From positions 1 to 39,591 of the forward strand of contig JBNKOC010000015.1 in assembly GCA_050294405.1 (NCBI GenBank): 39,591 bases of DNA. Reading direction: 5' to 3'. The notes beneath the pieces are model-generated. The model was not told where the DNA came from, searched no databases, and saw only the letters and a list, made by a program, of their open reading frames with translations. A program made the translations under genes and the position numbers. Below are positions 7,896 through 16,861 of this stretch, in pieces (the stretch's first letter is position 1; the number at the start of each line of letters is the position of its first letter). The stretch is from Fibrobacteria bacterium. Lineage in GTDB: Bacteria > Fibrobacterota > Fibrobacteria > UBA11236 > JADFYW01.

Positions 7896-9769
7896 TGGAT
7901 ATCAACCGGAAGAATAATTGTTGCCACAGTGCCCTCCCCCGGATTGGATTCAAAATGTAATTGCCCGTTGTGATCTGCAACTATATTAAGGGAAAGAGAA
8001 AGGCCTAGGCCCGTTCCGCCGATATTTCTTTTTGTAGTGAAAAAAGGATCCATTATTCTTTTTAAATGTTCTTTATCAATTCCCTGACCGCTGTCATGAA
8101 CTTCTACTTTTATCTTTCCTCCTTCCGCCAAGCCTGTTCGGATAGTAATAAAATCGGAAGGCGATTTGAGGGCCTGACAGGAATTTTCCAAAAGGTTAAT
8201 CACCACTTGTTCAAGTTCCTGAAAGTTACCGTTAATTTGAGGCAAGGAAGAAGTGTGATAAAAGTTAAAGTTTGAAGTGGAACTTTTTATTTTTGGTTCC
8301 AGAATTTCAATAGCTTTTTCTATGACTTCGTTGATGTTAATTAATTTTTTGTCTCCGGATACATCCTTTTTGTAATAATCTTTTAATTTTTTAACTATTG
8401 CGTTTATCCTATCGGATCCTTCTTTAATTTTTTCTGCCAGAGTGGAAAAGTTCCCTATTTCTTGGCCAATTTCAGAGAATTCTTCCCTGGACTCTAAGTC
8501 TTTCATTTTTTCTTTTATTAATTTCCCATAATTAATAAGAAGCGAGCTATTTAACATGATGTATCCATTGGGATTGTTTATTTCGTGGGCCACACCAGAT
8601 ACAAGAGTCCCCAAAGTTACCATTTTGCCTGCTTGGATAAGCTGCTCCTGTTTAATTTTCGCTTCTTTTTCTGCCTGAATACGATCGCTAATATCCATGC
8701 CAATGGCTTGTAGCTCCAATAACTGGTTGTAGGCATCAAATATTTTTCGATGGCTCCAGTTATGCCATATGGGCTTATGAGAAGCGTCGTCCATTTGGCA
8801 ATCCACGTTTAAGATGTCAAAAGTCTTATCTTTATTTTCCAAAAAGTTCAATAAAGGAATTTCGTTTGGCATCAATTCGGCGATGTTATAGCGGCCAATT
8901 TCATTCTCCTTAATTTGAAAAAATTTACAAAAGGCTGAATTGGCAAATGTTAGTTTTCCATTTGGTTGATATCTGCATATGAGCTCAATTTGGTCTTCCA
9001 CCACCGCTCTGTACCGCTGTTCACTTTTTCTGAGTTCCTCTTCCGCCTCAAGTCGAGCTTTTGCCCTTAATTCAAGTTGCTCCATAAATTGATTATAGCC
9101 TCTGTACAGAGTGCCTATTTCATCTTTTCCATGCCATTTAACCCTTTGGGTATAGTCGGAAGATTGAGAACCCCGCTCAAAAATTTTAGCCAAGGCCAAA
9201 ATAGGATGGGATATTATTTTTTGAAAACTGGCAGCAAGCAAATAAGTAAGAATAACAAGTACCAAAAACATGGTTACCATTATGGCAATTTCTTTTAAAA
9301 GCTCTAACTGTAAAAATTTAGTGGTTACCACTAAATGTATAGTGCCATAAAATTGCCCTTGGAAATTTATGGGGTGGTAAAAATTAATAATGCCCGATTT
9401 TTTTTCATAATAATCGCTAGAAATTTTTACTTCCAACCTTTCACTAAACTCAGAATTTCCGACTTTGCTAAAAAGCAATCCCTTAGCATCATACAATGCA
9501 ATTTCCAATATTTCCGGAATAGATTTCACCTTAGAAAGCACATTTTGCGCTTCATTATCATCTGCAAAGGATAAAGGCACCACGCAATATTCCCCTAACA
9601 AATGGGAGTTGGTGGTTATATTATGGATAAGTTTGCGGCGCTCTGAAAAGCTGTGATTTACAGTTATAAAAACAAGTGCTAATAGCAATACTATTGAGCT
9701 AACCGATAATATGACTAATATCAGCTTATTTTTTATGGATAGGTTTGAAAAATAATTCTGGCTGGTCAT
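7892..9769 (-). CDS. membrane sensor histidine kinase (YfiN/CHASE8-like periplasmic domain, HAMP, PAS, HisKA, HATPase)
   Basis: TM-periplasmic-TM (PLSFADDNEAQNVL), HAMP (DEIGTLY), PAS (VEDQIELICRY), H-box GVAHEINNP, G-boxes DSGQGI/FFTTK/GTGLGL. Confidence 0.93.
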   Translation of the reverse strand: MTSQNYFSNLSIKNKLILVILSVSSIVLLLALVFITVNHSFSERRKLIHNITTNSHLLGEYCVVPLSFADDNEAQNVLSKVKSIPEILEIALYDAKGLLFSKVGNSEFSERLEVKISSDYYEKKSGIINFYHPINFQGQFYGTIHLVVTTKFLQLELLKEIAIMVTMFLVLVILTYLLAASFQKIISHPILALAKIFERGSQSSDYTQRVKWHGKDEIGTLYRGYNQFMEQLELRAKARLEAEEELRKSEQRYRAVVEDQIELICRYQPNGKLTFANSAFCKFFQIKENEIGRYNIAELMPNEIPLLNFLENKDKTFDILNVDCQMDDASHKPIWHNWSHRKIFDAYNQLLELQAIGMDISDRIQAEKEAKIKQEQLIQAGKMVTLGTLVSGVAHEINNPNGYIMLNSSLLINYGKLIKEKMKDLESREEFSEIGQEIGNFSTLAEKIKEGSDRINAIVKKLKDYYKKDVSGDKKLININEVIEKAIEILEPKIKSSTSNFNFYHTSSLPQINGNFQELEQVVINLLENSCQALKSPSDFITIRTGLAEGGKIKVEVHDSGQGIDKEHLKRIMDPFFTTKRNIGGTGLGLSLSLNIVADHNGQLHFESNPGEGTVATIILPVDIH

Positions 9770-10314
9770 GAGCCGCTCACAATCTTCGCCACGTTCAATA
9801 AAAGGGAGCTGATTTTTATTCCTGCTGACTCTGCGGAACCTTTATTTATTTCAAAACGAATGCTTTCCTGCTCAATGGTGAAATTAATCATAATTCCCAA
9901 TTGGGCAAATCCCGGCTCATCCCCTATTGTTAAAGCTCCACTGCTGTCCGCCCAATCCATTATAGCTTTGAGCTCAGACATTTTACTGGAAGAGATAAAC
10001 ACCAGGTTTGCATCATCCAGTTCCTTGACATGATTTACCATTTTAATTTTAATTTTGCGATTGTCTGTTTTGTAATTGCTTGAAATTTTTTGTAACTCTG
10101 CAGCAATAGGAGTTTTTCCAATGACAGCAATTACCAAATCATTACTATTGGCTGTTGAATTTTCGGGCCAGTCGACAAATTCCAAAAATTTAAAAACAAA
10201 GCTAGCCTTAATGGAATACTCTTTGGCTGTTTCTGCAAAAAGCAGTGGCACCAAGGTGAAAAATTGCAGCAGCAACATACTTACTATTTTTTTGAGTTGC
10301 AAACTTATCTCCAA
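9766..10314 (-). CDS. yfiR: YfiR/HmsC (DUF4154) family periplasmic protein
   Basis: EYSIKASFVFKFLEFVDWP...ALTIGD..GFAQLGIMINF...IRFEIN...ISSLLLNVA family signature; signal peptide. Confidence 0.92.
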   Translation of the reverse strand: MEISLQLKKIVSMLLLQFFTLVPLLFAETAKEYSIKASFVFKFLEFVDWPENSTANSNDLVIAVIGKTPIAAELQKISSNYKTDNRKIKIKMVNHVKELDDANLVFISSSKMSELKAIMDWADSSGALTIGDEPGFAQLGIMINFTIEQESIRFEINKGSAESAGIKISSLLLNVAKIVSGS

Positions 10315-10691
10315 TTTTTCTCTGCCATAATTTGGTTGAAAAAATCCTGAAGCACGTCAAAGTCAAAGGGTTTGTATAATATTTTTTTCACCCCTACCTG
10401 CTGCGCCCTGTCTTTTATTAAATCATCTTCGTTTCCCGTGCAAAGTACAAAGTACACCTCTGAATTGACTTCTTTTACCTTTGATATAAAATCCAACCCT
10501 AGCATTTTAGACATGGTAAAATCAGAAATAACCACATCGTAGTTAGTAGGGTTTTCTTTGAATTTTTCTAAGGCTACAATAGGATCTAAAATTCCCTCTA
10601 CCTTGTGTCCCAAGAGCTTAAAAGCAGTGGAAAAGGATTCCACCACATTTTTATCATCATCCACAAATAATATGTTTAAGATTTTATTCAA
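10305..10691 (-). CDS. single-domain response regulator receiver
   Basis: ILFVDDD, VISDFTM, LCTG, LYKPF. Confidence 0.92.
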   Translation of the reverse strand: MNKILNILFVDDDKNVVESFSTAFKLLGHKVEGILDPIVALEKFKENPTNYDVVISDFTMSKMLGLDFISKVKEVNSEVYFVLCTGNEDDLIKDRAQQVGVKKILYKPFDFDVLQDFFNQIMAEKNWR

Positions 10692-10699
10692 TAAATGTC

Positions 10700-12970
10700 C
10701 TAGATTTTAAACTTTAGTTGTAAACCAATGGCCCTATCTTCACTAACAAACCTGATTCGATGAGTGGAAGCATGGGAAATTCCACTATCTTGGGAATAAC
10801 GCTGATTACTAACATATCCCAATAAATTTAAAACGTATAATTTCACAAGTAATTTTGGCACAGGATAGACATTTAAACCTAAATTTATTCGTGAGTTTAA
10901 TCCATAGGCGCCATGATCATATGCATCCGCAATGGCCTGGCGGATTGGCACTTCAAGACTATCCCCCTTGACCGCCCTGGTTAAAGACATAAGGCCATCC
11001 CTTGCCCCCTCATAATCCCAAAAAAGCTGGGCATTTAAATTAAATTGAACTATTGGAGAAATATTGTAAAACCAAAACATTTTGGCAGATTGAGCTGGCC
11101 AATTATTAAGGCTATTGCCATAGCCTGTCATAAATAAAGAATCTCCCACTTCGGTAAAATAGCTGGAATAGCTAATTCCGCCTGCTGGACTTTCGCCTGC
11201 CAATTTCCAATCCAATAGTTGAATCAGGGAGTAATTTAATCCCAATCGGCTTTTTTTGGTTTGCCATTTTAATTCAGACTCAAAACCCATTAGCTTTAGG
11301 TTCCCCAATGGTAAATTTCTATCAATTTCAAAGTCATAAGCAATAATATCCCCATGATTAAAAAATATGGAATTGCTAACTGATGTGTTTAAATTGATTA
11401 GGGTTTGGTATACCAATTCGGTTCCAAAAATTGATTCATTACTGGGAGAAGTTTTATTTTTATGTTCTATATATAATTGACCCGCATCATTTCTTCTTAC
11501 GGATTGCTGCACCATAACTTTCAAAACGTGGTTTTTTACGGGCTCTCCAATAATTGCCGCTCTGGGAGAAACCAACCAATCGGAATAGCTGTTTTTATCC
11601 ACTCTCCCGGAAAGCAACAAATTGTATTTAGGAGAAAAACTGAAATTGGCCTCTGTGAAAACAGAAAAGGTTTGAGTAAACCAACCATTACCTGCAAAGA
11701 CTGCGTCTTCTGGATCTAAGTCTGTATTGTAAATTTTTGAATCCGTACCTGAAATAATAATTCCATCCCCACCTAATCTCATACTTTCCTGACCATCGCC
11801 CCAGCCAGGACCCAAGGAATCCAGAGAATACTCAAACCCCAAGGCCCATTCCAACGCCCTGTTCGGTTTGTAATTTAAAGTAGAGTGAAATAAATATTCG
11901 GATTCGCTAAAGTTAAATTTAAAATTAGCTGGACTATCCGGGGGAGGAAACTTGAGATTACCTTTGCGCCTTTCTCCATCAAAAAAAAGAGCAGAAAGTT
12001 TTGCGTGCAATTGAAGGTTGTGAGATAGCTCTTTTTTGAAACCCAGAAGGGAAAGAAGCTGTCGGTCTCTTAAGGATTGCTGGTTTATTTTTTCACCCTT
12101 GAAATCCGCCTTCATTTCATTTCCACTCCAATTGGAACCTTGTTGAGTGTATCGCAATGTATACTCCCAGTTTTGCAAGAAAGTCAAATTCAAATGGAAT
12201 TTTGCCTGGGGGATACCCTGATAGTCTCCAAAATAATCCAGAGGAGAGCCATTTGGATATATATCTTCACCAATATGGCCGTAGCTCAAATCTTTTTCGC
12301 CCAAATATTGCTTGGGTTCATACCCCAATGTCCGGGTTATAGACCCATAAACAAAATAGTCTAGCCACCTGATAGTATTTCTGATATACCCATTTACTCC
12401 CAGAGAATTGTAGCGTTGGACTCCATTCATGGCAACGCCAGAATTAATATTAGAGCTTGCAGAAAATGTATTTATATTAATGACCCCTGCCACCGCACCA
12501 GGGCCATAGGTTACAGAACCCGGGCCCCGTATAATATCAATGCGTTCAATATCGCCCAGGTCCCAATGTTCTAATTCGGTTTTGGAAGCAAATGTTTCTT
12601 TGGTGCTTATTACTTTTCCATTTAAGACCATTAAAAATTTATTGTTTTGGTTTGCTAAAAACCCCCTAAATCCAATTAAAGGACCAGCTTCGGAATTTAT
12701 CCATATTGCTCCGGGAATATAAATTTCTATTAGATCCATTAAGTTTCGGGCAGGGGTAGTGGCAATTTCTTCGGCAGTTATGGATGTAACAGAAGCGGGG
12801 GTCTTTGCCAAATCCAAATTGGTTAATGCCCCAGGGGCTTTAATTTTTACGGAAAGCAATTCCTCCAGAGACATTTGAGACAAGTCCTTTAAGCTCAAGT
12901 CTTTGGAATTGGATAAGTTAAACAATAGGAATAAAAATATTGGGATTACTTTTATTCTTATAAGATTCAT
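10700..12970 (-). CDS. TonB-dependent receptor (plug + barrel), YfiR-associated type
   Basis: LSQMSLEELLSVKI N-terminal motif, TPASVTSIT, IERIDIIRGPGSVTYGPGAVAGVINI. ATG at 12970 gives a signal peptide (ORF track starts at TTG 13000). Confidence 0.92.
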   Translation of the reverse strand: MNLIRIKVIPIFLFLLFNLSNSKDLSLKDLSQMSLEELLSVKIKAPGALTNLDLAKTPASVTSITAEEIATTPARNLMDLIEIYIPGAIWINSEAGPLIGFRGFLANQNNKFLMVLNGKVISTKETFASKTELEHWDLGDIERIDIIRGPGSVTYGPGAVAGVININTFSASSNINSGVAMNGVQRYNSLGVNGYIRNTIRWLDYFVYGSITRTLGYEPKQYLGEKDLSYGHIGEDIYPNGSPLDYFGDYQGIPQAKFHLNLTFLQNWEYTLRYTQQGSNWSGNEMKADFKGEKINQQSLRDRQLLSLLGFKKELSHNLQLHAKLSALFFDGERRKGNLKFPPPDSPANFKFNFSESEYLFHSTLNYKPNRALEWALGFEYSLDSLGPGWGDGQESMRLGGDGIIISGTDSKIYNTDLDPEDAVFAGNGWFTQTFSVFTEANFSFSPKYNLLLSGRVDKNSYSDWLVSPRAAIIGEPVKNHVLKVMVQQSVRRNDAGQLYIEHKNKTSPSNESIFGTELVYQTLINLNTSVSNSIFFNHGDIIAYDFEIDRNLPLGNLKLMGFESELKWQTKKSRLGLNYSLIQLLDWKLAGESPAGGISYSSYFTEVGDSLFMTGYGNSLNNWPAQSAKMFWFYNISPIVQFNLNAQLFWDYEGARDGLMSLTRAVKGDSLEVPIRQAIADAYDHGAYGLNSRINLGLNVYPVPKLLVKLYVLNLLGYVSNQRYSQDSGISHASTHRIRFVSEDRAIGLQLKFKI

Positions 12971-13090
12971 GATATGTATAAAATCGAACCAATATGCCAA
13001 TTGAAAAAGCAGTCAGACTAAAAACTAAAATATTTCTCAATTGTAAATGGAAATTTGTTTGCAATTATTAAAGGCATAGAATATTGGAAA

Positions 13091-13120
13091 ATTATACCCT
13101 TTTTGGGCTAAAATTCTCAA
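13091..13120 (-). promoter_or_regulatory. putative sigma70 promoter for the TonB receptor-receiver-yfiR-kinase operon
   Basis: TTGAGA-N18-TATAAT on the minus strand in the cheX/TBDR intergenic region. Confidence 0.5.
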
Positions 13121-13134
13121 CTAATTATGCTATG

Positions 13135-13152
13135 AGGCTTTTTTAAAAGCCT
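13135..13152 (-). terminator. inverted repeat just after cheX, possible weak terminator
   Basis: AGGCTTTT-TT-AAAAGCCT; no clear U-tract on the minus strand. Confidence 0.3.
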
Positions 13153-13158
13153 TAAAAT

Positions 13159-13638
13159 TCAACAATTTTGGGGTTCGAAAATGAGGCAGCAACCCTCTAA
13201 ATCAGACTCTCGAAAATAAGAAAATTCAGCCAATTCATTGGTAGAGCCAAATGTTTTTAGTGAAGTCGATTGGTTCCCAATAAACTGGGGAAGCCCAAGT
13301 TTGGCAATTTGGTTGCCTTCTTCCAATTTTCTTAAAAGCGTCCCCGTGATAATATTTAGAAATTCCAATAGGGTATCCTGGCACATTTTTTCTGATATTT
13401 CGTCTTCTCCCATACCTAACATATTGATTGTGGAGCATTCCATTAATTTTTTAGTGCTATAGATTTTTATGATCCCACTAACCCGTCCATTAAAATCAAT
13501 TTGTCCCGCCACACCTTTAGTCAAACTGTTTAAATCCATTATATTTTTTGAGCAAGGGTTTAACTCCATATAGGCCATTGTTTCAAAGCACTCTTTTACG
13601 GATGCTTCGATTAACTCTTGAGTAATTTTTAACATCAT
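13159..13638 (-). CDS. cheX: chemotaxis phosphatase CheX
   Basis: GQIDFNGRVSG and QDTLLEFLNIITG (ExxN motif), LGLP; last gene of the che operon. Confidence 0.85.
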   Translation of the reverse strand: MMLKITQELIEASVKECFETMAYMELNPCSKNIMDLNSLTKGVAGQIDFNGRVSGIIKIYSTKKLMECSTINMLGMGEDEISEKMCQDTLLEFLNIITGTLLRKLEEGNQIAKLGLPQFIGNQSTSLKTFGSTNELAEFSYFRESDLEGCCLIFEPQNC

Positions 13639-13644
13639 TTCCCC

Positions 13645-14019
13645 CTAAACCCTTAATTCATCCATTAATTCCATTGCTTCTTCCGGGCTAAAAGGTTTTT
13701 TCAAATAGCCTGAGGCTCCTGATTTTAATGCCTCCACCACTACATCCCTGGAGCCTTCCGTGGAGACCACCACAATTTTCATAGGTTTAAGCTCTGGATT
13801 TTTTTGGATAGATTTAATTAATTCGAGCCCATTTAACACTGGCATGTTTATATCAGTTAATAACAGGTCAATGTCAAATACTTTTATCAAATCAAGTGCC
13901 TCTTGTCCATTAGAGGCTTCGTAAACATGATTTATTTCAAGACCCACAGCTTCCATGGTTTTTTTTATAAATGCCCGGATGTTTGTTGAATCGTCTGCAA
14001 TTAATAAATTTAAGGGCAT
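13645..14019 (-). CDS. cheY: CheY-like response regulator
   Basis: MPLNLLIADDS...TDINMP...VSTEG...KKPF. ATG 14019 follows a GGGAG RBS; the ORF-track start at 14127 overlaps cheD. Confidence 0.88.
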   Translation of the reverse strand: MPLNLLIADDSTNIRAFIKKTMEAVGLEINHVYEASNGQEALDLIKVFDIDLLLTDINMPVLNGLELIKSIQKNPELKPMKIVVVSTEGSRDVVVEALKSGASGYLKKPFSPEEAMELMDELRV

Positions 14020-14032
14020 AATACTCCCTTCC

Positions 14033-14515
14033 CTATATTTTAAAATATGTTGTTTCAGAGTTGTATTTAACGTATACACTTCCGTCGTTGAGGTCGAGTT
14101 TGAGGCTTCTGCCTCTGCCCCCTCCAACCGAACTGGATTTTACCAATATATTGTGTTTCCACAATTGCCTTTTCGCGGCCAAAAAATTTCGCTTCCCAAT
14201 ATCAAACATCCCATTGGGATCCATAATGTTTGCCCCTCCGGCTATCTTTACCATTAACCTGTTTTTCTTTGCCCCTGCACGAACCAGGCTGTCTATCATT
14301 TTGTCAATTCCAGAATCTGCGTACACAAAAGGCTTTTGCTCTGCATTTTTTGGGTTAACCTTGGCTTCGGGAAGCATTAAATGCAAAATGGCTCCAATTT
14401 TTGAAAGCGAATCATAGGCAGCAATACCAATACATGATCCCAGTGCCAAAGTAACCAGGGTGTTTGGTAGACTGGCAATTTTCATATCTCCGATATCTAC
14501 AAATTTTTGTTCCAT
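14033..14515 (-). CDS. cheD: chemoreceptor glutamine deamidase CheD
   Basis: LALGSCIG, HLMLP, YAD, KIAGGA, IGKRN, VGG.RGR; likely ATG at 14515. Confidence 0.95.
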   Translation of the reverse strand: MEQKFVDIGDMKIASLPNTLVTLALGSCIGIAAYDSLSKIGAILHLMLPEAKVNPKNAEQKPFVYADSGIDKMIDSLVRAGAKKNRLMVKIAGGANIMDPNGMFDIGKRNFLAAKRQLWKHNILVKSSSVGGGRGRSLKLDLNDGSVYVKYNSETTYFKI

Positions 14516-14534
14516 AAAATCTCTGCAAATACTT

Positions 14535-14933
14535 TTAGTTTTCCAAAACGCCAAATTCTTTAATTTTTTTTAACAAAACTTTTTCTTTAATGGGTTTTAC
14601 AATGTATGCTTCACAACCCGCGGAAAAAGAGCCCAGAATTGATTGAGAATCATTTAACCCACTTAACATTAATATTTTTGTTCCATCCATAGGGTTGATA
14701 TTGCGGTGCTTTTCAATTAACCTAAAGGATTTTAAGACATCCAGTCCATCCATTTCCGGCATTAATATATCGAGGCATACCAAATCAAACGGATCGTTTA
14801 AATCCAGTGAGCTTCGAAATTTGGCAATAGCTTCCACTCCGTTTTCTGCAAACTCACATTTTGAAAATTTCGAAAAAATAGTTTCCAATATTTTTCGGGA
14901 AAACTTGTCATCGTCAGCAATTAATACTTTCAT
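14535..14933 (-). CDS. single-domain CheY-like response regulator
   Basis: VLIADDD, LDILMPEMDG, MLSG, IVKP. Confidence 0.92.
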   Translation of the reverse strand: MKVLIADDDKFSRKILETIFSKFSKCEFAENGVEAIAKFRSSLDLNDPFDLVCLDILMPEMDGLDVLKSFRLIEKHRNINPMDGTKILMLSGLNDSQSILGSFSAGCEAYIVKPIKEKVLLKKIKEFGVLEN

Positions 14934-14936
14934 TTT

Positions 14937-15977
14937 TTAACCCACTATTATTTGTGAAAGACTTGTTAAGGGCGTTTCATTTTCGCAGGCGCCCATATCC
15001 AAAGCAGCCTTGGGTATTCCAAAAACCGCACAACTGTTTTTATCTTGAATAAAGGTTTTGCCGCCTGCTTGTTTGATTGACAATAAACCCCTTGCCCCGT
15101 CTAGTCCCATTCCTGAAAGTAAGATTCCTGTGACTTTAACATGTTTTAATTTTGCAAGGGAAAAAAATAAAACATCAATGGAAGGCCTTGAATAGTTAAC
15201 AGCGGGCCCATCAAAATAGTTCAAACTTACGGCACCATTTTCCAGAAGCGCTTCCAAATGGTGCCCACCTTTTGCAATATATACACAGCCTCGTTTTAAA
15301 AATTCTCCATTTTCAGCTTCTTTTACACACACCTTAACCTCAGAGTTTAAATTTGCTGCAAATGAATTAGTAAAGCCCGCCGGCATATGTTGAACAATCA
15401 ATACCGGAGGAATATTTTTAGGAAGTTCATTTAATATTTTTCGAATAGCTTGGATTGCTCCAGTACTGCCGCCAATGGCTATTATTTCTTTAACCTGCTC
15501 GCCGGAAGTGTTTCTGTTTGAATTTACAGGCTGTTTAGTTTCATCCTGTTTCAATTTGGCTTTTTGTTCTTTTGCCTTCAGAATGGTTTTAGACAGCTCC
15601 AAAATTCTGGTGCGCAACTGGCTCAAGTGGAAATCCAATAAGGACTTATCATTATTAGATGGCTTATAGATAACATCTAAAGCTCCTAACTCAATTGCCC
15701 TTAAATACATTTCATTATGGTTTTCCACATAACTGCTCCACACTATTACCGGTAAGGGGAATTTTTCCATGATTTCCGATAAAAAATCCAGGCCATTCAC
15801 TTCAGGCATAACGATATCCAGAATTACTAAATCGGGCTTGTACTTGCCCAACTTATATTTGGCAAAACTCGGATTAATAGCCGTGGCTACCACTTCGATA
15901 TCCAGGGAGGTTTCCAGGTAATTTCTCAATAAGTCCCGAAATAAAGCCGAGTCTTCAATTATCATTACCTTAACCAT
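14937..15977 (-). CDS. cheB: protein-glutamate methylesterase CheB (receiver + esterase)
   Basis: Receiver LDIVMP; catalytic GGSTG, VQHMP, RPSID, GMGLDGA. Confidence 0.96.
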   Translation of the reverse strand: MVKVMIIEDSALFRDLLRNYLETSLDIEVVATAINPSFAKYKLGKYKPDLVILDIVMPEVNGLDFLSEIMEKFPLPVIVWSSYVENHNEMYLRAIELGALDVIYKPSNNDKSLLDFHLSQLRTRILELSKTILKAKEQKAKLKQDETKQPVNSNRNTSGEQVKEIIAIGGSTGAIQAIRKILNELPKNIPPVLIVQHMPAGFTNSFAANLNSEVKVCVKEAENGEFLKRGCVYIAKGGHHLEALLENGAVSLNYFDGPAVNYSRPSIDVLFFSLAKLKHVKVTGILLSGMGLDGARGLLSIKQAGGKTFIQDKNSCAVFGIPKAALDMGACENETPLTSLSQIIVG

Positions 15978-15983
15978 ATGTTC

Positions 15984-16817
15984 TTAGCCCTTGTAATATA
16001 TGGATGGCTGCAAGTAATTAAATGGCTGGTTAAGCCCTGTTAAACTTTCCGAATGTCCCAAAAACAAGTACCCGCCATCCTCCATATATTTGTATAAGTT
16101 GGAAACAATTTTTTCTTGAGTTTCTTTGTTAAAGTAAATCATTACATTGCGGCAGAATATAAAATTGAATTTCGATTTAAAAGGAATGGAATCCATTAAC
16201 AAATTTATCCTGGTGAAATGGATTTTTTTCTTGATTTTTTCCTTAACATGGAATTCAGAATTATTCAGAGAACCCTGTTTATCAAAATAGCGGCTAATTA
16301 GAAAAGGATTGATGCCATTCATTTTCTTTGAACCGTAAATTCCAAGTTTAGCCTGAGCTAAAATTTGAGGGGATACATCCGAGGCCAAAATTTTAAAATC
16401 AATAGGTAACATTGAATTTAATTCGCACAATTCCATAGCTATTGAATAGGGTTCTTCGCCAGAACTGCAAGCAGCGCTCCAAATTCTTATTGGCCCCTCC
16501 ATTTCACCTTCATTAACCGAACTCTTAATTTTACCAGAGATAAAATCAAAATGTTCTTTTTCCCGGAAAAAACTTGTGAAATTAGTGGTGATTAAATCCA
16601 GCAAATCATTCCTATCCTGCTTGGTCCCATTTTTAATTAAATTGCTGATGTATTCGTCTATCGAAAAAAAACCTTTGTTTTTCACATACTTGCCAAGCCT
16701 GTTTTGAACAAGGCTCAGTTTATGGGGCTTTAAATCAATACCGCTTAAATCTCGGATATAATTTGCAAGCCTGGTAAACTGGTCTTCTTTAATCTGTAAT
16801 GTGAATTGCGCTTCCAT
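15984..16817 (-). CDS. cheR: protein-glutamate O-methyltransferase CheR
   Basis: TTNFTSFFRE, IWSAACSSGEEPYS, IFCRNVMIYF, LGHSE. ATG 16817 preferred; alternative at 16844. Confidence 0.96.
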   Translation of the reverse strand: MEAQFTLQIKEDQFTRLANYIRDLSGIDLKPHKLSLVQNRLGKYVKNKGFFSIDEYISNLIKNGTKQDRNDLLDLITTNFTSFFREKEHFDFISGKIKSSVNEGEMEGPIRIWSAACSSGEEPYSIAMELCELNSMLPIDFKILASDVSPQILAQAKLGIYGSKKMNGINPFLISRYFDKQGSLNNSEFHVKEKIKKKIHFTRINLLMDSIPFKSKFNFIFCRNVMIYFNKETQEKIVSNLYKYMEDGGYLFLGHSESLTGLNQPFNYLQPSIYYKG

Positions 16818-16828
16818 AGGAATTCTTT

Positions 16829-16851
16829 GCCGCCCAAAATACATGGGCGGC
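16829..16851. other. GC-rich hairpin between mcp and cheR
   Basis: GCCGCCCA-AAATACA-TGGGCGGC, a perfect 8-bp stem in AT-rich context. Confidence 0.6.
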
Positions 16852-16861
16852 GTATTAAATA

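Noticed and set aside
14020..14127. N-terminal extension on CheY in the ORF track
   Set aside because: Overlaps cheD; a good RBS and ATG at 14019 give a normal receiver
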